From the NCBI RefSeq assembly GCF_006345805.1, contig NC_043009.1, positions 3,782,001 through 3,846,000 of the forward strand: a stretch of DNA of 64,000 bases, written 5' to 3'. The notes under the pieces were generated by a model. The model was not told the DNA's origin and did no database searches. It saw only the letters and a list, made by a program, of their open reading frames with translations. Below, piece by piece: positions 53,866-64,000 of the stretch; within the stretch, counting starts at the first letter, position 1; each line of letters opens with the position of its first letter. The DNA comes from Octopus sinensis (lineage: Eukaryota). Position numbers and translations under genes: made by a program.

Positions 53866-55231
53866 GCCCATTCTTTAACATCATACCGTCATTGTTATTT
53901 CTCTCTTTCAAAATCTTTCAGTCTAAACGTTTTACTGCTCGAAGCATCTGTTTTAAGTAGCTATATTTTATGCGGTCGATTTACTATGAACCTTTCTGCG
54001 TATTTTCATTTGCTCCCGCTACTGTTATTGTTGTTGTTGTCGTTACTGCTGTTATTGTTATCCTTTTCCTTCTCCTTCATCCTCTTTTTTATTATGTATT
54101 TATTATTTACGTATTTATTTGTTTATTTATTGTTTTACGTATTTGCTTTTTTTCTTCGGTATTTCGTCGCGTCCTCGCTATCTCAGATATTCTCCCACAG
54201 GTCAATTACAAAGCAGACTCCGATAAACAATAGTAAGAAAGAGAAGAAGGAAAGAAACAGGAAAGAAAGAACAAATTAATGGGGAAAAAAAAGAAAAGGG
54301 AAGAGAAAGAGAAAAAGGAAAGGATAAAGACAGAATGAAGAAGAAGAAAAAAAGAAGAGAAAAATGAAGTGGAAAAGAAAATTATTAAACAAACATTCTG
54401 AGTAAATAAATAAGGTTTGAGTGAAATTCTCACAAACTATTTTCACGTGCGCCTACAGAGGGGTATGTGTGGGGTATGTTGGCATTGTAAGGGTGTATAT
54501 AGCGGTGATTGGATATACGTGGGTCTATGTATGTATATATATATATATATTTATGTGTGTGTATGTGCGTGCCTGTATGTTTGTGTCTGTGTGTTTGTGT
54601 GTGTGTGAGTGACTGTTTGTGTGTGTATATCTGTGCTTGTGTGTGTGTGTGTATCTGTGCTTGTGTGTGTGTGTGAGTGACTGTTTGTGTGTGTATATCT
54701 GTGCTTGTGTGTGTGTTGTGTGTGTGTGTTTATGTGTGTGTTTATGCGTGCGTGTGTGTGTTTGTGTGTGTGTGGTTCTGTGTGTGAATGTAAGCATGTG
54801 TATGTTTGTATGAAACCTGTACGCTTAGTATTTTCTCTTTAACTCGATAAAGATGGTTGACTGTCTGAAGTAGATATTCGAGTGTGTTTGTGGGGAGAGG
54901 GAGAGAGAGAAAAAGGGAGAGAGAGAGAGAGAGAGTATATGCGCGCGTGTGGTGTGTGTCTGTGCGTGTTTATATATGTGTGCACGTTTGTGAGCATATA
55001 ACACGTGTTTCGTACTGTCTGTTCAACTTACTAGAAAGTATATACATAGATATATATATAATATATATATATATATAATATATATATTACATATACATAT
55101 ACATTTGTATGTGTGTGTCTGTAAGTATGTATGTATATATATATACACACACATACACAGATGCATACATATATATAATTATATATATATATGTATGCAT
55201 ACACTCGAGCGTACACACGGACACACGTGTG

Positions 55232-55265
<34 letters not shown>

Positions 55266-55320
55266 CGTGTGCATTGTATAATGCTCGTGTGTATTTATGT
55301 AAGCGTGCTTTTCAGCGAAT
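53020..55320. repeat. Compound microsatellite zone (TA, GATA, CA, TG)
   Basis: Direct reading. Confidence 0.85.
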
Positions 55321-55590
55321 ACATGTGTGCATGTATATACATCTATGTTTGTGCGCCTGTGGTTCGGTGTGTGCAATGAATGGTAAATTATCAAGGAGAA
55401 ACGAATTTTCTACTCAGTGTAGCCATCATATCAACAAAAGAGTTTTCCTTAGGAAAGTTCATATGTATCACCATATCAAGTGCGTGCCCCATATTTCCTT
55501 TTATTTTCCTCCCTTGTACTGCCTCCAATGACCACTGAAACTGTAGGTTGCATTAATAAAATAAATGTTAATAATGCTGTATTATGTGAA

Positions 55591-55808
55591 GGCAGAGATC
55601 TGGCGTGACGTGATCGTTAGCACGCCGGGTGAAATGCTTAGCGGCATCTCGTACGTATCTAAGTTCAAATTCCACCGAGGTCAACTTTGCTTTTAATATC
55701 TTTCGTGGTAGATAAAATAAGTACCAGTTAAGCACCTAGGTCCAAGTAACCCCCGAACGCTCTCCACCGAACTTGCTGGCCTTGTGCCAATATTTGAAAT
55801 CAATGATT
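55591..55808 (+). mobile_element. SINE family B variant
   Basis: CGTTAGCACGCCGGGTGAAATGCTTAGC..AAGTTCAAATTCCACCGAGGTCAACTTTGC. Confidence 0.8.
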
Positions 55809-55996
55809 TTGCAGTACGTAAAGTTCAGATATAGAGAAAATCTGTCTCTCACCAGCATTTGGTCCATTCTTCCGGAATATGTTTACGTTGAAACGTCATT
55901 CGTGTCAACTTAACTAATTCGAAACTGCTTAAATAGTTCATTGATACGAATACTCCACTGTATTTATGGTGCATATATATATATATATATATATAT

Positions 55997-56027
<31 letters not shown>

Positions 56028-56114
56028 ATATAATATATATATATATATATATATATAGATATATATATATAACACACAACACAAAATATATATAATATAT
56101 ATATATATATATAT

Positions 56115-56418
<304 letters not shown>

Positions 56419-56614
56419 TGGGTAGGTAGAGACACAACAGGAGTCACTCCTACTATCATTCTTCCTATGACCTTAAACGATACTAAGCCCAACCACACAC
56501 ATAGATTAACAGCCACAACCCCCAATACCCACACATACACATACATGCTTCCTTCTCTTGCACTCTCCTGTCTTTCAAAGAACTTTTTCGTCAACCATTC
56601 CCTTCCGGTCATCC

Positions 56615-56812
56615 AATATGTGACCGCGAGTGTATCGTTGGCGATTTTTCCCTCCGTCTTCCTATCCTTGGATCTTTCCTTTTCCTATGTCTATCACGAA
56701 GAGCTCCGTTCGAAACGCTAAATCCTCCTTCTTTCTTTGCTTTCCTGAGCGTCCAATAACACTATACTTGTTCCATGTCCTCGTGCTGTTGTGTTTCATG
56801 TTTGGATTAACT
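56615..56812 (+). mobile_element. Penelope-like repeat family P1 (core decayed)
   Basis: ATCACGA A GAGCTCCGTTC GAAA CGCT. Homologous to 396-603. Confidence 0.7.
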
Positions 56813-56833
56813 ATACACACACACACACACACA

Positions 56834-56903
<70 letters not shown>

Positions 56904-57349
56904 ATGGGTGTGTATGTATGCATGTATGTATACAGGGAAAGAAATAAGATGTAATAACACAGATTTGTTTTACAAGACTAAAAAATATGTTAGAATCGTC
57001 ATAGCAAAGGTATTATACAACATTATACAAAATAAGATTTTTTTTCCTCTAATATAATAACCGGTTTCGCTAACGCTTTTCATATTTTGAGTGTTAGATG
57101 CAATTCGGAATGAGAAATTTTATTTCCCAAGGTATGATAATTGGTAACCAAGGTATTTTTCAGTAAATGCGAGGTAAATCCGTAGTTTCAATATGGGTTT
57201 ATATTTATTTCTGGCTTGTATTTTCCGAAACATAAGGTCTCTTTATTTAGTCGCTCTTGTGTTGGGGTCCAAATAGCAAATTGGTATAATGGAAAAATTT
57301 AATGATCCATCACTTCTTTCTCCATTCAATACAATTGCAGCAAAAAAGA

Positions 57350-57354
57350 TGGCA

Positions 57355-57404
<50 letters not shown>

Positions 57405-57437
57405 CATTATTATTATTATTATATTATTATCATTATG

Positions 57438-57510
<73 letters not shown>

Positions 57511-57520
57511 TTATATGTTT
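57350..57520. repeat. (ATT)n microsatellite
   Basis: Direct reading. Confidence 0.95.
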
Positions 57521-57910
57521 GACTTTTGCTTTATATTTGCACAAGTTGGCTCCATGTCTCACCCAGAGACCTCAAGACACAACAGGTTGGAATTTCATGT
57601 TGTTGTTATGCCTAGTGTGCTATATATTTGCTTTTTTTTATCATGCTGTACTAGTGAATGTCTAAAACAAACAAAAAACACATACGAAAATTACGTTTGT
57701 TTTAAAACTTGAGATTACGTGGAATGGTTTCAAATTTGGGCGCAGGATCAGCTCCTTTAGCAGCAAGGGAATAGACTATTATATCGATTTCTGTATACTA
57801 TTTGTATACCAGTTTATAACTGCAGTAATATTGAAGGATGACCTCGGTTGAATTTGAACTAAAAACGTAAAGATCCGGGGCGGAAACCATTCTGCTTGGC
57901 CCGCACTTTG

Positions 57911-58090
57911 ATATTGATCGTGCTTTCTATTTTAGGCACAAGGCTCGAAATTAGCAGGAGTGGGATAGCCAATTACATTGACCCCTGGAATCAACTGAAT
58001 GAAAGGCAAAGTTGACATCGGTGGAAGTTGACGGACGAAATGCGGCTAAGTATTGTGCTCGGTGTGCTAACGAACCTGCCAGTTCGCCGA
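57911..58090 (-). mobile_element. SINE family B variant, internally deleted
   Basis: GAAAGGCAAAGTTGAC..GTGCTAACGAACCTGCCAGTTCGCC. Confidence 0.75.
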
Positions 58091-58099
58091 CATAACAAC

Positions 58100-58117
58100 A
58101 ACAGAAAAGAAGCCCGT

Positions 58118-58171
<54 letters not shown>

Positions 58172-58400
58172 CGTGGTGTGGTGTGTGTGTGTGTGTATGT
58201 GTTTGTCCCCCCACGATCGCTTCACAACTGCTGTTGCTGTGTTTGCGTCCCTGTAACTTAGCGGTTCAGCAGAGGAGAACGAAACAATAAGTACTAGGCT
58301 TACAAAGAATAGGTGTCGGGGTCGATTTGTTCGACTAAAAGAAAGGGCTCCAGCATGACCATAGCGAAATGACTGAAACAAGTAAAAGAATTAAAGGATT
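58100..58400 (+). mobile_element. SINE family A-like, 5'-truncated
   Basis: GAAGCCCGTTG-(TA)n-..AATAAGTACTAGGCTTACAAAGAATA..GACTGAAACAAGTAAAAGA. Confidence 0.85.
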
Positions 58401-58427
58401 AAAAGTATATATATGTATATATACGTA

Positions 58428-58459
<32 letters not shown>

Positions 58460-59759
58460 TAATATATATATATATATTTATCAGAGTAATTTGTAAATTA
58501 TAATTCTAAAGTAGTGTAAAGTATTTCTTAATCTGTAATAGGTTCTTTCCAAAATGATGAAACAGATGTCATGAGCCGGAGAGGATGGATTCACATTGGT
58601 GTTAAAGATATAGGTCTCAGGTCAGTTGCGATGTGTGTGTGTATAATGGTGTTTGTATGTTTGTGTCTATATATGTGTGTGGGTGTTTGTGTATGTGTGC
58701 GTAGGCGCGCATATATCTGTGTGAGTGTGTGTGTTTTGGTGCGCGCGTGTGTAAATAAGTGTACAAGTGTGAGCTTACATGACTAGGCATACATTCTACT
58801 GATCTGTCTATCTCTGCTTCACTATCCCCCTCTCTCTATGTCTGTCTGTCTGTCTGTCTGTTCCTCTCTCTATATAAAAATAAATAATAAATAAATATAT
58901 ATATAATATATATATATATTAAATATTTGTATGTATATATATATGTACTTGTATATATATATATATATATATATATAGATATATATATATGTATATATAT
59001 ATATTATATATATATATATACATACAATACATATATACAGACACACGCATATATATAAACATATATATATATATTATATATATTATATATATGCGTGTGT
59101 CTGTATGTGTGCGTTCGTATCGTATATATATTATATCTAAAATAAGTATATATTATATATTAAGCGTGTATGTATTATATCTATCTATATATCTATCTAT
59201 CTATATATATATATATATATAGATAGATAGATAGATAGATATAGATATATATAGATATATATAGATATATAGATATATTATATATATTTATATATAATGA
59301 TTGCTTTTACAATACACAACATACAATGATTATGTTGTATATACTGCCCACATGTAACCACCTCTCTCTCTCTCTCTTTCTGTCTCTCTAACAGACACGC
59401 ACACACACACACATACACGCACATATATATATGTATATATTATGGCTTGTTAATTTCCGTTGCGCTAAGCATAAGGCTGTCAATTTCCCACGGAATATCT
59501 TCGCTTCCCTACTTAATCATATGCAATCTCAATTTCAATATGAACAAAAGTAGATAATAATATTCAGGTCGGCCTTTCTGATCGAATATAAATGAATGAA
59601 GAGGATGAGAGCCAGTTTTTCATGCTAGATTACATTCTTTACAAAAATATCCGATCCTTAATTTTTATGACTTCCTCATTTTTTTCGTCAAGCTTTTACT
59701 ATCGCCCGACCACGACCTACGACAATCCCAGCACCACCATCTTTAACAACTGCGTGAAG

Positions 59760-59876
59760 CAATAATGATGAGGACAATGATGACCCTGATGAGTATGATA
59801 AAACAAAATAGCAATGATAATAATAATAATAATAACACTAATAATAATAATAATGATAATAATAATAATAATAACG

Positions 59877-59917
<41 letters not shown>

Positions 59918-59966
59918 TAATAATAATGATAATGACAATAATAATAGTAATAATAATGATAATGAC

Positions 59967-60007
<41 letters not shown>

Positions 60008-60280
60008 TAATGATAATAATAATAATGATAATATAATAATAATAATATAATAATAATTATCATAATAATATATGATGAGATAATAATAATATTAATAATG
60101 ATTAATAATATAATGATGATAATAATAATAAGAAATAAGAAGAAGAAGAAGAAGAAGAAGGAAGGAGAAGAAGGAGAAGAGAAGAAGGAGAAGAAGCGAG
60201 AAGAAGAAGAAGAGAAGAAGAAAGAAGAAGAAGAAGAGAGGGAAGAAGAGAAGAAGAAGAGAAGAAGAATGATGATGATG

Positions 60281-60317
<37 letters not shown>

Positions 60318-60360
60318 TATTAATGGAAATAATAGTATAATGAACAGCAACGTTAATAAT
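59760..60360. repeat. (AAT)n / (GAA)n trinucleotide mosaic
   Basis: Direct reading. Confidence 0.9.
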
Positions 60361-60672
60361 GGTGTTTTCTATATTCTTTAGAATTTCAGCTTATACACCG
60401 ATATTAACAATGCATGTATTATGAGATATCGCTACAGAGATTAACATCATATATCTATGAATATACATTGAATGTGTGTGTGTGCGCGCACGTGCGTGCG
60501 TGCGTGTCTTTCAATATGCTGATACATACAGAAGGACATATATGCATATGACCGTTTACTTATATGCTGCACACTAATGTATATATATATATATATATTT
60601 TATATATATAGATATATATATATATATATATATTATAATATATATTATATATATATATATTTTATCTATATA

Positions 60673-60710
<38 letters not shown>

Positions 60711-60711
60711 T

Positions 60712-61116
60712 TATTCTCTTACTTATTTTAATCATTTGACTGTGGCCATGCTGGAGCACCGCCTTTAGTCGAGCAAATCGACCCTAGGACTTATTCTTTG
60801 TAAGCCTAGTACTTATTCTATCGCTCTACGTTACAGGGGCGTAAACACACAAGCATCGGTTGTCAAGCGATGTTGGAGGTGGGACAAACACAGACACACA
60901 TGTATACACACGTATATATATATAATTATATGTGTATATATATAAATATACATATATAGGACGGGCTTCTTTCAGTTTCCGTCTACCAAATCCACTCACA
61001 AGGCTTTGGTTGGCCCGAGGCTATAGTAGAAGGCACCTGCCCAAGGTGCCACGGAGTGGGACTGAACCCTGAACCATGTGTTTCGTAAGCAAGCTACTTG
61101 CCACACACCCACTCCT

Positions 61117-61120
<4 letters not shown>
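60712..61120 (-). mobile_element. SINE family A, full length
   Basis: Head through tail present. Confidence 0.9.
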
Positions 61121-61174
<54 letters not shown>

Positions 61175-62741
61175 CCAGCACTAAAGTGACTAAGGATGCA
61201 GGTCAGCAGCAACATTACTGAATGTAATAGTCAAAATAACGCTTAGACAAAGGCAAAGCACTATCTATTTACTGACAAAGGGGAAAATCTCCCTATAGCA
61301 GGTGAGAGCGCCAGATTATCGATTTTCAGGTAGAATTCATCCTTATCGGCGACACTAAACTGCTCTCTAGGTTGAAGCTAACTCGCCTCGTCAGTTCATA
61401 GAAAATAATATACGAAGCTGTAAAATGTTAAGTGGAAATTATAAACTATTAAGGTGGATATTCGCAATTTAAAACCAAATAACACAAGTACAATCTTCAC
61501 AAAAGTGGCTAAGGGTGTAAGTCAGCACCAGCATTCCTATAAAAGAAAGTCAAACGCGCTGCTCCAACAAGATTCTAGGAGTTCTAAGAAAACCTGTGTT
61601 AAAAGATTATGTAATAACTAGAACGAGATTTGTTACGCCCTCCTCTCAAAATCACAATTGGTCATGGCATTTGGGAGTTGAGACGTGGGACAGCATCACG
61701 TATCTGTAACAGAACAAGTAACCCTAATGGGTAATACAGCTCGCCCAGAAAACAAATTTGGTAGATTTATGTGGAAATGAGCTGACTTCTTCCAACACGG
61801 ATTGACGTTTGGTAATGGAAGGACCGGATAGCCTTATAAATTTATGTTTACATCTGAAGCCATGGAAAGCTGGTTGTTAGGTATGAAGTCAGTTATGAAG
61901 TCATGGCGAATCAGGTTCTCTAATGGAAGCAATACTCATGGTTTCATCTGCGTGTTCAGTATCGCGAATCACAGTGGCGATAAAGACTAATCATTATCAA
62001 GTCGAAGATTTTCTGTTTGTTTTTTAACTGACAAACATAAAATTTGTCCTCCCTTATATATATACTACTTGTAATTTATCTATCTGAAAATGTATGATTT
62101 AAGTAAACGTATTTCAAATTTCCTTCAGTCATACCAATGTCGAGTTTTTGTTTTAGTTTATGTTTTGTCTTGTTTGAAGTAACCTTCCCATTATATATTA
62201 TTGCTAACAGACAATTTAGTGAGTAATGTATTTCCCTTAGCGAGATTTGAGATATACATCGCATCATCTATTTATCAACTACAATCAACTGAAGTAAATT
62301 TATTGTCTTGTACAATTAGGATGTATAATATTTCAATATCACAGAGCACCGTGATGTTGTATGTCCGCGTAATTACACTGGAACAGCTCAATGTCTATGA
62401 ATTTTTTTAGAGTCAAATAGAATATTTACGAGAACGGTGTATTATAACATGTATGATACTGTTTATTTCTTTATATTCGATGATATTATAAGATGAATTT
62501 ATTCCGAGTTACACTTGGGTATGGATTTAAGGATTACGGATAACATCTAGGTATTTCATGTTGGATGTTTTTATCATAAATATTCTTATTCCAACTGATA
62601 AGTCTAGTAATATTATTCTATGGTTGGGGATTAGTTGCTTCCTAATGGTCTTATTAATGTTTCTTAACATTTACTTGATAACTAATAAATTCTCAGATGG
62701 AAAAATGTTCATTAATTTCATCTTCAGAACAAGGACAAAGT

Positions 62742-62906
62742 TTACATTATTTACATTATTTACATTTGACGGATATTTGTCCTCGTCTTGTTTGTTGTTA
62801 ATACGTTTTGGCTGATATACCCTCCAGCCTTCATCAGGTGTCTTGGGGAAATTTCGAACCTGGGTTCTCATTCCTAAGGTAGTTTTTTATGCTATTATTA
62901 TTATTA

Positions 62907-62941
<35 letters not shown>

Positions 62942-63513
62942 ATTATTATTATTATTATTATTGAGTGAGAGAGCAGTTCATGCCATCAAAGTGACACTAG
63001 TGTAAAATATACGAAGCCCAGTATACCCATCATGACTACCCGTCTGATAAGGGTACACAAGGCACATGCATCACAACCACATGTGCGCGACATGGTGATC
63101 TCATATCAAGAAAAACAGCACATGACCTTGCAGGTGGGGCCCAGTTAGAATTTTCTTCAGGTTGAGTAGCCCATCCCGCTCAAACGGTCCCTAAATAAGG
63201 GTTGTTTAAGGATGTTGAAAGAACCACCCATGTTTCCAGAGGTGAACTATTCAAACCCAAAGAATCCCTCTCAACACATGGCTATGATGCTCCCCACTAC
63301 TTCTGCTCGTGATCAGAGATGCACATATCGTCAGCCACTAAGGGACATGCTCAACTGGTTACGGTCAAACAACTGACAAGCAAATCTGTGGTATTGAGCA
63401 GAATATTTGCTGTAGCCCATCTTTTATACCAAGACAAAACAATGTACATGATAACACTTCCAATCAATAAGATCAGAAGCCATGAGAGCCACTGCCTGGT
63501 ACTGCATCAGGGC

Positions 63514-63565
<52 letters not shown>

Positions 63566-63585
63566 TATCATTATTATTATTATTA

Positions 63586-63637
<52 letters not shown>

Positions 63638-63699
63638 GCAGATCACTGCCTGGAATCGAACTCGGAATCTTGGGGTTAGTAACCCCCGTTCTTAACCAC
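62742..63699 (-). mobile_element. tRNA-headed, hammerhead-carrying SINE-like element, interrupted by a 553-bp insertion
   Basis: Head fragment GTGGTTAAG..GAGTTCGATTCC (63638-63699), then (AAT)n, body, CTGATGA A GGCTG/CAGCC AAAA CGT (62800-62842), then (AATAATGTA)n tail. Confidence 0.7.
62963..63515. mobile_element. ~553-bp non-coding interspersed element embedded in (ATT)n
   Basis: Complex sequence with (ATT)n in the same orientation on both sides. It splits the head from the body of the surrounding element. Confidence 0.6.
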
Positions 63700-63741
63700 A
63701 CCTGATGAAGGCTAGAGGGTATATCAGCCGAAACGTTGTAT
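63698..63741 (+). ncRNA. Minimal type I hammerhead-like ribozyme motif
   Basis: ACAC-CTGATGA-A-GGCT..AGCC-GAAA-CGT-T-GTAT: palindromic ACGT helix III, one helix I mismatch. The arm continues to a tail ending ~63811. Confidence 0.6.
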
Positions 63742-64000
63742 TAACAACAAACCAGATGAGGACAAATGTCCATCAAATGTAAATAATTTAAATAATGTAA
63801 ATAATGTACATGTATGGATTTAAGGATTACGGATAACATCTAGGTATTTCATGTTGGATGTTTTTATCATAAACATTCTTATTCCAACTGATAAGTCTAG
63901 TAATATTATTCTATGGTTGGGGATTAGTTGCTTCCTAATGTTCTTATTAATGCTTCTTAACATTTACTTGATAACTGATAAATTCTCAGATGGAAAAATG

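Larger units (their letters stand above)
62519..64000 (+). repeat. Direct repeat 62519-62707 / 63812-64000 (at least 189 bp, runs off the window)
   Basis: Four substitutions seen in 189 bp. Confidence 0.95.

Overview
AT-rich, repeat-saturated eukaryotic genomic DNA with a 100-N assembly gap at 24797-24896. The SINE families and microsatellite load suggest an octopod cephalopod (inference from recalled repeat families, not verified). I found no intact protein-coding gene; almost all entries in the ORF track are microsatellite or low-complexity artefacts. Supported content: about 25 copies of three tRNA-derived SINE families; decayed non-LTR retrotransposon fragments (Hero clade, R4/Dong-like, RTE); a degenerate full-length Tc1 transposon; several MITEs and Helitron pieces; and a dispersed 18S rRNA V4 fragment. 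About ten minimal hammerhead-ribozyme-like motifs occur in short Penelope-like non-autonomous repeats. The most notable structure is at 62.5-64 kb: a tRNA-headed, hammerhead-carrying SINE-like element joined head-to-head to a second hammerhead arm and flanked by a direct duplication of at least 189 bp. All coordinates were read by hand and repeat boundaries are approximate.
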